From assembly GCF_022846255.1 (NCBI RefSeq), contig NZ_AP025682.1: a stretch of 64,000 bases of DNA; one strand, given 5' to 3'. The translations under genes and the position numbers were made by a program. This document shows, one piece after another, positions 32,336 to 43,370 of this stretch. The number at the start of each line of letters is the position of its first letter. Position 1 is the stretch's first letter. The stretch comes from Escherichia coli. GTDB taxonomy: Bacteria; Pseudomonadota; Gammaproteobacteria; Enterobacterales; Enterobacteriaceae. Under the pieces are notes generated by a model. That model did not search any database. It was not told the DNA's origin and saw nothing but the letters and a program-made list of their open reading frames with translations.

Positions 32336-33493
32336 TCACTCCACCTTTTCATCAATCCAGTCCGCCCACCATTGCATCATTTCTCTGCGTTTATCGAGAT
32401 ACTGAGCATGGTTGTAAATCCCACGCACAGATCCGCCGTTGGCATGTGCCAGTTGCACTTCAATAGCGTCAGCAGGCCATTCGTGCTCGTTCATAATTGT
32501 GCTGAATTCATGCCTGAATCCGTGACCGCTTTCCAGACCCTCATAGCCGATTTGTTTGATCACAAGCAATACCGCGTTCTCGCAGATTGGCTTCTTCTTA
32601 TCGTTGCGCCCGGCAAAAACAAACTCTGATACTGGTTTAGTGATGGAGCTTAGCGTAGTGAGAAGTTCAACCACCTGGTCTGACATAGGAACAACATGAA
32701 TCTTGCGGCCCTTCATCACACTGGCGTCGATAGTGATAATCCTGTTTTCAAAATCGACGTTCTTCCATTGCATGGAGCGAAGCTCTTTCGTTCTTAGGGC
32801 TGTGTAGCGTAAAACTTTGGTCGCAATGAGCGATATGATGCTTCCTGAAAATGTTGCCAGTGCTTTGTTGAATGCAGGGATCTGGTCTGCTGGGAGAAAC
32901 GGGAAGTTCTTCTTGCGGTATCCCTTCATGGCGTCAGCAAGGTCAGGTGCCGGGTTATATTTAGCCCTACCAGTGACAATAGCGTAACGGAAAACCTCGC
33001 CGCATCTTCTGCGGGCTTTGTTGGCTCGCTCCATTGCACCGCGATCTTCAAATCTGCGGATTACTTCCAGCAGTTGCATCGGCTCAATATCCTGAATTTC
33101 AAGGCCGCCGATGATAGGTAAAATGTCGTCATCAAACATTTTTGCAAGTTCAGTTGCATAGCCTACTGACCAGACTTGCTTCTTGTGCTCGTACCATTCC
33201 TTGTAAATCGCACTAAAGGAATTGTTGTTAGACGAAGCCTTTTTCGCTTTTACCGGATCGATGCCAACCGAGATGTCTTTCCTCGCGGTCCATGCTTTAT
33301 CTCTTGCCTCCTGCAAAGTCATTAGCGGATATTTTCCTACGGTCAGGATTTTCTCCTTACCGTCAATCTTGTAGCGAAGCTGCCATACCTTTTTCCCTGA
33401 CACAGGGACATAAAGGTACAGGCCATTACCATCGAGTAGGCGGTATGGTTTTTCTTTCGGCTTTGCTGCTTCAATCTGCTTAACGGTGAGCAT
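32336..33493 (-). CDS. intS: Tyrosine integrase, IntS-type (385 aa)
   Basis: ORF track 32336..33529 trimmed to MLTVKQIEAAKPKEKPYRLLDGNGLYLYV...; matches K-12 CPS-53 IntS as recalled; reads away from the adjacent argW. Confidence 0.9.
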   Translation of the reverse strand: MLTVKQIEAAKPKEKPYRLLDGNGLYLYVPVSGKKVWQLRYKIDGKEKILTVGKYPLMTLQEARDKAWTARKDISVGIDPVKAKKASSNNNSFSAIYKEWYEHKKQVWSVGYATELAKMFDDDILPIIGGLEIQDIEPMQLLEVIRRFEDRGAMERANKARRRCGEVFRYAIVTGRAKYNPAPDLADAMKGYRKKNFPFLPADQIPAFNKALATFSGSIISLIATKVLRYTALRTKELRSMQWKNVDFENRIITIDASVMKGRKIHVVPMSDQVVELLTTLSSITKPVSEFVFAGRNDKKKPICENAVLLVIKQIGYEGLESGHGFRHEFSTIMNEHEWPADAIEVQLAHANGGSVRGIYNHAQYLDKRREMMQWWADWIDEKVE

Positions 33494-33654
33494 GGGTAAA
33501 AATCCGGTGGGTAAAATTATTTTATCCACTTTTTACCCGTCATGGAGTGCGGCTGTCAACGATCTGACGCGAACCATTACGAACTGTGAATCTACGGAAG
33601 GCTTGATATTCAGGGGATTTTGCGGACTGGTACGGATGGGAGCGAACTGATAAA

Positions 33655-33729
33655 TGGTGTCCCCTGCAGGAATCGAACCTGCAATTAGCCCTTAGGAGGG
33701 GCTCGTTATATCCATTTAACTAAGAGGAC
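33655..33729 (-). tRNA. argW: tRNA-Arg (anticodon CCU)
   Basis: Minus-strand sequence GTCCTCTTAGTTAAATGGATATAACGAGCCCCTCCTAAGGGCTAATTGCAGGTTCGATTCCTGCAGGGGACACCA folds as a cloverleaf with CCU anticodon and encoded CCA end. Confidence 0.9.
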
Positions 33730-33804
33730 AATGCGGCATGAGTATACCCGCTAATGGACTACGGAGTAAGTACACAGCCGCTCGATTGCTTAAACCCTCG
33801 CCAT

Positions 33805-34737
33805 TTATGCCGGGTTTTTATCATTTTTCTTAATGTTTTCCGCACGTTCTGCTTTTTGGCGTGCTTCTGCTTTGCGCTTGTTGCTCATGTCGTTACGAAT
33901 CTGTGCATGACTCATTAACGCGAAGATAAAGGTGCCGCCGCAGATGTTCCCCGCTAAAGTAGGTAGTGCGAAGGGCCAGATGAAATCGCTCCAGTGCAGC
34001 GTACCGTTAAACACCAGATAGAGGATTTCTACAGAACCGACAACGATGTGGGTGGTGTCACCCAGGGCAATAAGCCAGGTCATCAATATAATCACCACAA
34101 TCTTTGCCGCACCCGCTGCAGGAAACATCCATACCATAGTGGCGATCAGCCAGCCGGAAATGATCGCGTTGGCAAACATCTCGCTGGGGGTGTTCTTCAT
34201 CACATCCATGCCGATTTTGACAAATGCATCGCGAGTTTCTTCATTGAAGATTGGCATATATTCAAATGCCCACGCCGCAATACCTGTCCCGAGAATATTA
34301 CCCAGCAGCACGACGCCCCATAACCGCATAAGTAAGCCAACGTTGCTCATTGTCGGTTTTTGCATGACGGGTAGTACCGCAGTCACGGTGTTTTCGGTAA
34401 ATAATTGCTGGCGGGCCATAATGACGATAATAAAACCAAAGGTATAACCGAGATTCTCCAGCAAGAAGCTGCCCGGCACACCTTCCAGTTCGACATGAAA
34501 TATCCCTTTTGCCAGTAATGAAGCGCCCATCGACAGGCCCGCCGCAATGGCTGACCACAGTAGCGCCATTGCGTCGCGTTCCAGCTCTTTTTCACCATCC
34601 TGGCGGATATGCTCATGAATTGCCATCGCCCGGGAGGGGAGTCGGTCTTCATCTATTTCTATTTTTTTGCCGCGCTCTTTTTCTTCGCTCTCAACTTCAA
34701 TTTCGTCGCTGTGTTGATCAATTTTGTCGTTGTCCAT
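33805..34737 (-). CDS. yfdC: Formate/nitrite transporter family inner-membrane protein YfdC (310 aa)
   Basis: 310-aa polytopic membrane protein; conserved neighbour of argW. Confidence 0.85.
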   Translation of the reverse strand: MDNDKIDQHSDEIEVESEEKERGKKIEIDEDRLPSRAMAIHEHIRQDGEKELERDAMALLWSAIAAGLSMGASLLAKGIFHVELEGVPGSFLLENLGYTFGFIIVIMARQQLFTENTVTAVLPVMQKPTMSNVGLLMRLWGVVLLGNILGTGIAAWAFEYMPIFNEETRDAFVKIGMDVMKNTPSEMFANAIISGWLIATMVWMFPAAGAAKIVVIILMTWLIALGDTTHIVVGSVEILYLVFNGTLHWSDFIWPFALPTLAGNICGGTFIFALMSHAQIRNDMSNKRKAEARQKAERAENIKKNDKNPA

Positions 34738-35030
34738 GGTCTCTTCTCTTGAATTAGCACGTATAGCTAAAGCGTAGCGGCTTTTTTGCTCGCAACTGGC
34801 GGGAGTTACTCTGAAAATGTAGAAAAGGCCGCGTTTGCCTTTTTCTGTTTCTATAGAATCAAGTAGCCTACAGGGCGGCGATTACCAGGCTATGATCAAA
34901 TCAGCAAATCAGGGCGTCTGGACATCAGTTGACGTGCTGTTACAATCGCCCACACCTAAACAGGCGGATACGGTATCGTTCCGTCATGGATGGCAAACTG
35001 CATAAGCCATAAAAAAACAGGGAGACATTT

Positions 35031-35786
35031 ATGAAGCTTCGCCTGTCGGCGCTTGCTCTGGGAACTACGCTTCTGGTGGGGTGTGCGAGTTCCGGTACAG
35101 ATCAGCAAGGGCGTTCTGACCCGTTAGAAGGGTTTAACCGCACTATGTACAACTTCAACTTCAATGTATTAGACCCGTATATTGTTCGACCGGTCGCTGT
35201 CGCCTGGCGTGATTATGTTCCGCAACCTGCGCGTAACGGTTTGAGCAACTTTACCGGCAACCTTGAAGAACCTGCGGTGATGGTTAACTACTTCTTGCAG
35301 GGCGACCCTTATCAGGGGATGGTCCACTTTACCCGCTTTTTCCTGAATACCATTTTGGGAATGGGCGGCTTTATTGATGTTGCAGGGATGGCGAACCCGA
35401 AACTGCAACGGACTGAACCTCACCGCTTCGGTAGTACGCTTGGTCATTATGGTGTGGGTTATGGGCCGTACGTTCAGTTACCGTTCTACGGTAGCTTCAC
35501 GCTGCGTGATGACGGTGGTGATATGGCGGATGGTCTTTACCCGGTTCTTTCCTGGCTGACCTGGCCGATGTCTGTGGGTAAATGGACGCTTGAAGGGATA
35601 GAAACTCGTGCGCAGTTGTTGGATTCCGACGGTCTGCTGCGTCAGTCCTCCGATCCTTATATTATGGTGCGTGAAGCGTACTTCCAGCGTCATGATTTCA
35701 TCGCTAATGGCGGTGAACTCAAACCGCAGGAAAATCCGAACGCGCAAGCGATTCAGGATGATTTAAAAGATATCGATTCTGAATAA
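35031..35786 (+). CDS. mlaA: Outer-membrane lipoprotein MlaA/VacJ (251 aa)
   Basis: Lipoprotein signal MKLRLSALALGTTLLVGCASSG; conserved sequence. Confidence 0.9.
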   Translation: MKLRLSALALGTTLLVGCASSGTDQQGRSDPLEGFNRTMYNFNFNVLDPYIVRPVAVAWRDYVPQPARNGLSNFTGNLEEPAVMVNYFLQGDPYQGMVHFTRFFLNTILGMGGFIDVAGMANPKLQRTEPHRFGSTLGHYGVGYGPYVQLPFYGSFTLRDDGGDMADGLYPVLSWLTWPMSVGKWTLEGIETRAQLLDSDGLLRQSSDPYIMVREAYFQRHDFIANGGELKPQENPNAQAIQDDLKDIDSE

Positions 35787-35791
35787 GAAAC

Positions 35792-35824
35792 AAAAAAGGT
35801 GAGTCGCAAAACTCACCTTTTTTC
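35792..35824. terminator. Bidirectional rho-independent terminator between convergent mlaA and fadL
   Basis: AAAAAAGGTGAGT-CGCAAA-ACTCACCTTTTTT, symmetric A/T runs. Confidence 0.7.
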
Positions 35825-35843
35825 TTATTAAGCTAACGCGTTA

Positions 35844-37184
35844 TCAGAACGCGTAGTTAAAGTTAGTACCGAACAGCCAGGCTTTACCTTCAGACTCGAA
35901 CTGATATGGGCCTTCGTTAATTTTCACGCTCTGACCGTGCATATAAGAAACACCAACGTCGACTGAAGCGTCTTTATTAAATGCGTAAGTCGTACCTGCA
36001 CTCAGCCAGAAACGGTCCTGGTCCGGAATGGAGATAGAACGATTCTGTGCCGGAACTGGGCTGTCATCAAAGGCGATACCGGTACGGAAGGTCCAGTTAT
36101 CATCGTAGTAATAAGTGGTACCCAACGCGATGCGGTAAGCATCTTTAAAGCCTTCATGTTTCTGGAACAGCGTGTCGCCACTCGTTGAGGTCGCTTTCAG
36201 CTGCTGGAACTGACTCCAGCTGGTGTAAGCCAGGCTATAGTGAATTGCCCACTGCGGAGCAACACGGTTATAACCCGACACTTCCCACATTTCAGGCAGG
36301 TTCAGCGTCAGATAACCTGACTGCGTTGCGCCACCTGTCGCGGTAGGAATTGGCAAACCGTAGTTATTAAAAGCCGGGTTAAGATCGCTGCTGTAGTTAC
36401 CCTTGAAGTCAATTTTCACTTCAGAGCGGTAGGTCAATGCGTAGCGGTTGTTTTTATCCAGTTCATACAGGATACCGGCGTTCCAGCCAAAGCCCCACTG
36501 GTTACCGTTCAGGTGAGCGATTTTGGTATTACTGTCGATGCCGTTGGCGGTAGCTGCTAATGCTTGCCCCTGAGGAGTCAGCCAAGCAGGAGATTGCCTA
36601 ATCTGACCAGCCACCAGTTGCCCCAGATCGCCTGCGAAACGTTCAATTTTCGCGCGAGCGTAGACGGCGTTGAAACCAAGACCAAAGCTCCATGCATTAT
36701 TTAAGCGATATGCACCGCTTAAGTTCAGGTTCATGGTTTCGAGGTCGGTGGTACCACCGACAGAACCGCCTGCATAAGTATCGTTAAACTCTGTCGCCAG
36801 ACCATAGTTAGAGGTAATTGAAGCCCCCCAACCAAATTGGTCGTTAATCGGTGCAACAAAGTGCATGTTCGGAACCCATGCCGTAGGCGCGATGTTATCG
36901 GCTTTCAGGCTACGACCAGACGGAGACGTTCCGCTGATATTTACATCCGGATCAATATAAACCGCACCCGCAGAAAATGTCGGGCGGTCAAACATGGTAA
37001 TCAATGCGGGGTTACGGCTAACGTTACCTGCATCATCGGCAATTGCACCTTCCCCTGAATAAGCCCGGCCCAGGCCAGAGGAAGAAAATTCGTTTAACTG
37101 AAAGCCTGCCGACCAGGCCTGGGTGGAGATAAGTGCCACTGCGACTGCGAGAGCAGACTTTGTAAACAGGGTTTTCTGGCTCAT
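35844..37184 (-). CDS. fadL: Long-chain fatty acid outer-membrane transporter FadL (446 aa)
   Basis: [25 protein letters not shown] signal and barrel ending ...FNYAF; ORF-track start trimmed by two codons. Confidence 0.9.
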   Translation of the reverse strand: MSQKTLFTKSALAVAVALISTQAWSAGFQLNEFSSSGLGRAYSGEGAIADDAGNVSRNPALITMFDRPTFSAGAVYIDPDVNISGTSPSGRSLKADNIAPTAWVPNMHFVAPINDQFGWGASITSNYGLATEFNDTYAGGSVGGTTDLETMNLNLSGAYRLNNAWSFGLGFNAVYARAKIERFAGDLGQLVAGQIRQSPAWLTPQGQALAATANGIDSNTKIAHLNGNQWGFGWNAGILYELDKNNRYALTYRSEVKIDFKGNYSSDLNPAFNNYGLPIPTATGGATQSGYLTLNLPEMWEVSGYNRVAPQWAIHYSLAYTSWSQFQQLKATSTSGDTLFQKHEGFKDAYRIALGTTYYYDDNWTFRTGIAFDDSPVPAQNRSISIPDQDRFWLSAGTTYAFNKDASVDVGVSYMHGQSVKINEGPYQFESEGKAWLFGTNFNYAF

Positions 37185-37555
37185 GACCATAACCTCAATG
37201 ATTTATTTTTATACAAACTATGTTACGTGCTGTAACAGGAGCGCGAAGTGTAGGGTCTGAGGTACATCTTAGAAATCAGACCAGTGGCGAGAGTATAGGT
37301 CGGACCAGCTGGAATGTTGCAAGTATGTTTCTATTTTTTTTCAGATATGATCTAAGAAACGCGATCCAGCTGGCAAAATTGGGAGGTGGCGCACTCATGG
37401 ATTCGGGTGAATTTTGTTTTAGATCATTTTTAAGTGTGATTTCGGTCACTTATCCGATTTTGCAGAATTAACAACTGGAGCAGCACTTTCCGGAAGCGTA
37501 AAATATCCACAACGTTTATCTGGCACCTTGGGTGCACATACAGAGGAAATCAACG

Positions 37556-37840
37556 ATGAGTAAATGTAGTGCTGATGAAACCCCGGTTTGCTGCTGTATG
37601 GATGTTGGCACCATTATGGACAACTCCGACTGCACCGCGTCTTACAGCCGTGTGTTTGCAAACCGCGCAGAAGCAGAACAAACGCTGGCGGCGCTGACTG
37701 AAAAAGCCCGTAGCGTGGAATCCGAACCGTGCAAAATCACCCCGACTTTCACTGAAGAGTCTGACGGTGTGCGCCTGGATATCGATTTCACTTTTGCCTG
37801 CGAAGCTGAAATGTTGATCTTCCAGCTGGGTCTGCGTTAA
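37556..37840 (+). CDS. yfcZ: UPF0381 protein YfcZ (94 aa)
   Basis: MSKCSADETPVCCCMDVGTIMDNSDCTASYS...; ORF-track start trimmed. Confidence 0.85.
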   Translation: MSKCSADETPVCCCMDVGTIMDNSDCTASYSRVFANRAEAEQTLAALTEKARSVESEPCKITPTFTEESDGVRLDIDFTFACEAEMLIFQLGLR

Positions 37841-38020
37841 TTCCTCTCGGGTATATACGCCCCTGTCAGTTCCTGGCGGGGGCGTTTTATTTTCTCTTCT
37901 ACTTTTCTCTCTGTGTCATAGCTCCCACTTTCCCTTTTCTCCACTTGGCTAAATGTAAAAAAATGGTTAAGACTATGATCAGGTCAGACCACTTTATTTA
38001 TTATTTTACAGGGGAGTGTT

Positions 38021-39331
38021 ATGGGTCAGGTTTTACCGCTGGTTACCCGCCAGGGCGATCGTATCGCCATTGTTAGCGGTTTACGTACGCCTTTTGCCCG
38101 ACAGGCGACGGCTTTTCATGGCATTCCCGCGGTTGATTTAGGGAAGATGGTGGTAGGCGAACTGCTGGCACGCACCGAGATCCCCGCTGAAGTGATTGAA
38201 CAACTGGTCTTCGGTCAGGTCGTTCAGATGCCTGAAGCCCCCAACATTGCGCGTGAAATTGTTCTCGGTACTGGAATGAATGTGCATACCGATGCTTACA
38301 GCGTTAGCCGCGCTTGCGCTACCAGTTTCCAGGCGGTTGCAAACGTCGCAGAAAGCCTGATGGCGGGAACTATTCGAGCGGGGATTGCCGGTGGGGCAGA
38401 TTCCTCTTCCGTATTGCCAATTGGCGTCAGTAAAAAACTGGCGCGCGTACTGGTTGATGTCAACAAAGCCCGCACAATGAGCCAGCGCCTGAAACTTTTT
38501 TCTCGCTTACGTTTGCGTGACTTAATGCCGGTGCCTCCGGCAGTGGCGGAATACTCCACTGGATTACGGATGGGGGACACCGCAGAGCAAATGGCGAAAA
38601 CCTACGGCATCACCCGAGAACAGCAAGATGCACTGGCGCACCGTTCGCATCAGCGTGCCGCTCAGGCGTGGTCAGAAGGTAAACTCAAAGAAGAGGTGAT
38701 GACTGCCTTTATCCCCCCTTATAAACAACCGCTTGTCGAAGACAACAATATTCGCGGTAATTCCTCTCTTGCTGATTACGCAAAGCTGCGCCCGGCGTTT
38801 GATCGTAAACACGGGACGGTAACGGCGGCGAACAGTACGCCGCTGACCGATGGCGCGGCAGCGGTGATCCTGATGACTGAATCCCGGGCGAAAGAATTAG
38901 GGCTGGTACCGCTGGGGTATCTGCGCAGCTACGCATTTACTGCGATAGATGTCTGGCAGGACATGTTGCTCGGTCCAGCCTGGTCAACACCGCTGGCGCT
39001 GGAACGTGCCGGATTGACGATGGGCGATCTGACATTGATCGATATGCACGAAGCCTTTGCCGCCCAGACGCTGGCCAATATTCAGTTGCTGGGTAGCGAA
39101 CGTTTTGCTCGCGACGTACTGGGGCGTGCACATGCCACTGGCGAAGTGGACGAGAGCAAATTTAACGTGCTTGGCGGTTCGATTGCTTATGGGCATCCCT
39201 TCGCAGCGACCGGCGCGCGGATGATTACCCAGACATTGCATGAACTTCGCCGTCGTGGCGGTGGATTTGGTTTAGTGACCGCCTGTGCTGCGGGTGGGCT
39301 TGGCGCAGCAATGGTTCTGGAGGCGGAATAA
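38021..39331 (+). CDS. fadI: 3-ketoacyl-CoA thiolase FadI (436 aa)
   Basis: Thiolase sequence; synteny with fadJ. Confidence 0.95.
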
Positions 39332-41475
39332 TGGAAATGGCATCAGCGTTTACTCTTAATGTTCGTCTGGACAACATTGCTATCATCACCATCGACGTAC
39401 CGGGTGAGAAAATGAATACCCTGAAGGCGGAATTTGCCTCGCAGGTACGCGCCATTATTAAGCAACTCCGTGAAAACAAAGAGTTGCGTGGCGTGGTGTT
39501 TGTCTCCGCGAAACCAGACAACTTCATTGCTGGCGCAGACATCAACATGATCGGCAACTGCAAAACGGCGCAAGAAGCGGAAGTACTGGCGCGGCAGGGG
39601 CAACAGTTAATGGCGGAGATTCATGCTTTGCCCATTCCGGTTATCGCGGCTATTCATGGCGCTTGCCTGGGCGGCGGGCTGGAGTTGGCGCTGGCGTGCC
39701 ACGGTCGCGTGTGTACTGACGATCCTAAAACGGTGCTCGGTTTGCCTGAAGTACAACTTGGATTGTTACCCGGTTCAGGCGGTACCCAGCGTTTACCGCG
39801 TCTGATAGGTGTCAGCACAGCATTAGAGATGATCCTCACTGGAAAACAACTTCGGGCGAAACAGGCGGTAAAGCTGGGGTTGGTGGATGACGTCGTTCCG
39901 CACTCCATATTGCTGGAAGCCGCTGTTGAGCTGGCAAAGCAGGATCGCCCATCTTCACGCCCTCTACCTGTTCGCGAGCGTATTCTGGCGGGGCCGTTAG
40001 GTCGTGCGCTGCTGTTCAAAATGGTCGGCAAGAAAACAGAACACAAAACGCAAGGTAACTATCCGGCGACAGAACGCATCCTGGAGGTTGTCGAAACGGG
40101 ATTAGCGCAGGGCACCAGCAGCGGCTATGACGCTGAAGCACGGGCGTTTGGCGAACTGGCGATGACGCCGCAATCGCAGGCGCTGCGCAATATCTTTTTT
40201 GCCAGTACGGAAGTGAAAAAAGATCCCGGCAGTGATGCGCCGCCTGCGCCATTAAACAGCGTGGGGATTTTAGGTGGTGGCTTGATGGGCGGCGGTATTG
40301 CTTATGTCACTGCTTGTAAAGCGGGGCTTCCGGTCAGAATTAAAGATATCAACCCGCGGGGCATAAATCATGCGCTGAAGTACAGTTGGGATCAGCTTGA
40401 GGGCAAAGTTCGCCGTCGTCATCTCAAAGCCAGCGAACGTGACAAACAGCTGGCATTAATCTCCGGAACGACGGACTATTGCGGCTTTGCCCATCGAGAT
40501 CTGATTATTGAAGCGGTGTTTGAAAATCTCGAATTAAAACAACAGATGGTGGCGGAAGTGGAGCAAAATTGCGCTACTCATACCATCTTTGCTTCGAACA
40601 CGTCATCTTTACCGATTGGCGATATCGCCGCTCACGCCGCGCGACCTGAGCAAGTTATTGGCCTGCATTTCTTCAGTCCGGTGGAAAAAATGCCGCTGGT
40701 GGAGATTATTCCTCATGCGAGTACATCGGCGCAAACCATCGCCACCACGGTAAAACTGGCGAAAAAACAGGGCAAAACGCCAATTGTCGTGCGTGACAAA
40801 GCCGGGTTTTACGTCAATCGCATCTTAGCGCCTTACATCAATGAAGCTATCCGCATGTTGACCGAAGGCGAGCGTATTGAGCATATCGATGCCGCGCTGG
40901 TGAAATTTGGTTTTCCGGTAGGCCCAATCCAACTTTTGGATGAGGTAGGAATCGACACCGGGACTAAAATTATTCCTGTACTGGAAGCCGCTTATGGAGA
41001 ACGTTTTAGCGCGCCTGCAAATGTTGTTTCTTCAATTTTGAACGACGATCGCAAAGGCAGAAAAAATGGCCGGGGTTTCTATCTTTATGGTCAGAAAGGG
41101 CGTAAAAGCAAAAAACAGGTCGATCCCGCCATTTACCCGCTCATTGGCGCACAAGGGCAGGGGCGACTCTCCGCACCGCAGGTTGCTGAACGGTGTGTGA
41201 TGTTGATGCTGAATGAAGCTGTACGTTGTCTGGACGAGCAGGTTATCCGTAGCGTGCGTGACGGGGATATTGGCGCGGTATTTGGCATTGGTTTTCCGCC
41301 ATTTCTCGGTGGTCCGTTCCGCTACATCGATTCTCTCGGTGCGGGTGAAGTGGTTGCAATAATGCAACGACTGGCCACGCAGTATGGTTCCCGTTTTACC
41401 CCTTGCGATCGTTTAGTTGAGATGAGCGAGCGTGGGGAAAGTTTTTGGAAAACAACTGCAACTGACCTGCAATAA
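39331..41475 (+). CDS. fadJ: Fatty-acid oxidation complex alpha subunit FadJ (714 aa)
   Basis: [31 protein letters not shown]...; enoyl-CoA hydratase and 3-hydroxyacyl-CoA dehydrogenase regions. Confidence 0.95.
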   Translation: MEMASAFTLNVRLDNIAIITIDVPGEKMNTLKAEFASQVRAIIKQLRENKELRGVVFVSAKPDNFIAGADINMIGNCKTAQEAEVLARQGQQLMAEIHALPIPVIAAIHGACLGGGLELALACHGRVCTDDPKTVLGLPEVQLGLLPGSGGTQRLPRLIGVSTALEMILTGKQLRAKQAVKLGLVDDVVPHSILLEAAVELAKQDRPSSRPLPVRERILAGPLGRALLFKMVGKKTEHKTQGNYPATERILEVVETGLAQGTSSGYDAEARAFGELAMTPQSQALRNIFFASTEVKKDPGSDAPPAPLNSVGILGGGLMGGGIAYVTACKAGLPVRIKDINPRGINHALKYSWDQLEGKVRRRHLKASERDKQLALISGTTDYCGFAHRDLIIEAVFENLELKQQMVAEVEQNCATHTIFASNTSSLPIGDIAAHAARPEQVIGLHFFSPVEKMPLVEIIPHASTSAQTIATTVKLAKKQGKTPIVVRDKAGFYVNRILAPYINEAIRMLTEGERIEHIDAALVKFGFPVGPIQLLDEVGIDTGTKIIPVLEAAYGERFSAPANVVSSILNDDRKGRKNGRGFYLYGQKGRKSKKQVDPAIYPLIGAQGQGRLSAPQVAERCVMLMLNEAVRCLDEQVIRSVRDGDIGAVFGIGFPPFLGGPFRYIDSLGAGEVVAIMQRLATQYGSRFTPCDRLVEMSERGESFWKTTATDLQ

Positions 41476-41677
41476 GAAGGTCAAAGTTATATGAATCCGC
41501 GCTGAATGGCGGAGTGTTGCTCAAAATGTAAACTCATATTGACTATACTTACGCCATTGAGGTAAAAAACAGCGTTTCATTCGGTGAATGGATAAGGCAC
41601 AATGCCGGCCACCGTTTTCTTTCTCTGGTTTCAGATGAAAGAAAACGGGCGAATCTGGTTAACAAAAGCGGTGCAAT

Positions 41678-42163
41678 ATGCAAGTTTTTATCATGCGTCA
41701 CGGCGACGCAGCCCTCGATGCCGCCAGTGATTCGGTTCGTCCTCTGACCACTAACGGTTGTGACGAATCTCGCCTGATGGCGAACTGGCTGAAAGGTCAA
41801 AAAGTGGAAATCGAACGCGTTCTGGTGAGCCCGTTCCTGCGAGCCGAGCAAACACTGGAAGAAGTAGGGGATTGTCTGAACCTGCCTTCCAGTGCAGAAG
41901 TTCTGCCGGAGTTAACGCCCTGCGGCGATGTTGGTCTGGTCGGCGCCTATTTGCAGGCGTTGACCAATGAAGGTGTTGCTTCGGTACTGGTGATCTCCCA
42001 CTTACCGTTAGTCGGGTATCTGGTTGCCGAGTTATGTCCGGGCGAAACGCCGCCTATGTTTACCACGTCAGCGATTGCCAGCGTAACGCTTGATGAAAGC
42101 GGAAAAGGCCAATTCAACTGGCAAATGAGCCCTTGTAATTTGAAGATGGCAAAAGCAATTTAA
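41678..42163 (+). CDS. sixA: Phosphohistidine phosphatase SixA (161 aa)
   Basis: MQVFIMRHGDAALDAASDSVRPLT... with the RHG motif. Confidence 0.9.
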   Translation: MQVFIMRHGDAALDAASDSVRPLTTNGCDESRLMANWLKGQKVEIERVLVSPFLRAEQTLEEVGDCLNLPSSAEVLPELTPCGDVGLVGAYLQALTNEGVASVLVISHLPLVGYLVAELCPGETPPMFTTSAIASVTLDESGKGQFNWQMSPCNLKMAKAI

Positions 42164-42729
42164 GCAATCAATGCCCGGTTACGTGCGCGTACACCGGGCA
42201 GTTTCTCCGTCATACAATCATTCTTTTTCTTGTCTAAATGTTGTTAATATTTAACAACTCTCGATAGTTATTATATTTTCCCATTATTGAATCCCGTAAT
42301 AAAATAAAGAAGATAATGGTTTTGTGTCTTGAATATATATTTATTGATTTAATTAATATTAAATTTTAGCAATAAATAATGGTAAGGTCATTATAATTTT
42401 TTTAGTGTGCTTTATAAGCAATTCATTTTTGTTGATTATAATGGTTTGTTTTTTTGTTGATAATTCGCATGTTTTTTTGTTGGAAAGTGGTGAAAGTATT
42501 TTGTAGATGTATTAATTAATAAAATCTACATAAAGTGTTTAAGTATTACTAAATTGAGTTTTTTTATAGATAAGACCAACATACAGACACACCAGAGAAT
42601 ACTTGTTTACATTCTATGATTATATTGGAGTGTATATGTTCAATGGCTAACTATAAGTATCGGGCATACTATATATTAATTTTATGTCAGGTGTTTATAT
42701 TATAACTCTTAATGATTTAAGGACAAATA
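42164..42729. promoter_or_regulatory. 566-bp extremely AT-rich upstream region of the fimbrial operon
   Basis: Long A/T tracts, no ORFs; directly upstream of the fimbrial major subunit gene. Confidence 0.35.
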
Positions 42730-43296
42730 ATGAGTAAGTTTGCCAAAACAGCCATTGCTGCGGCGATGGTCATGGGCGCAGTTGTTTCCAGTTCTGCTTT
42801 TGCAGCAGGCAACAACGGTACCGCGCGCTTCTACGGCACCATTGAAGACTCCCCGTGCTCTATCGTTCCAGACGATCACAAACTGGAAGTCGATATGGGT
42901 GACATCGGTGCGGCTAAACTGACCGGCGGTGGCACTACCACACCGAAAGATTTCCAGATCCGTTTACAGGATTGCGTGTTTACCACTGAAACAAACATGG
43001 AGACCACGTTCACCGGTACTAACTACGCGGGGCCAGCCAACACGGATAACTATGCGTTATTCAATGTTGACAGCGGCGTTGCCATGAACCACGTGAGCCT
43101 GGTAATCGGCGATACCCATGGCAAAGGTTATAAAGTGGGCGAAAAGATTGTTCAGCCAATCGTGATGGATACTTCAACCAGCAAGGGTAAAGACAAGCAA
43201 ACGCTGAACTTTAAAGCCTGGCTGGTGGGTGAAACCGATGCGCCGGATCTCGGCCAGTTCGAAACCCTGACCACATTCCAGATTACCTATCTCTGA
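42730..43296 (+). CDS. yfcV: Fimbrial major subunit (YfcV-like, 188 aa)
   Basis: Signal peptide, conserved Cys pair, C-terminal fimbrial beta-strand (...FQITYL). Confidence 0.85.
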   Translation: MSKFAKTAIAAAMVMGAVVSSSAFAAGNNGTARFYGTIEDSPCSIVPDDHKLEVDMGDIGAAKLTGGGTTTPKDFQIRLQDCVFTTETNMETTFTGTNYAGPANTDNYALFNVDSGVAMNHVSLVIGDTHGKGYKVGEKIVQPIVMDTSTSKGKDKQTLNFKAWLVGETDAPDLGQFETLTTFQITYL

Positions 43297-43370
43297 TGTG
43301 ACAACCCCACAGCGTTCTGCTGTGGGGTTATTCAACACGCAACAGATTTACGACTGTTTCACAAACGGAT

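Noticed and set aside
33994..34558. Plus- and minus-strand ORFs of 86-133 aa
   Set aside because: Overlap the yfdC transporter gene in other frames.
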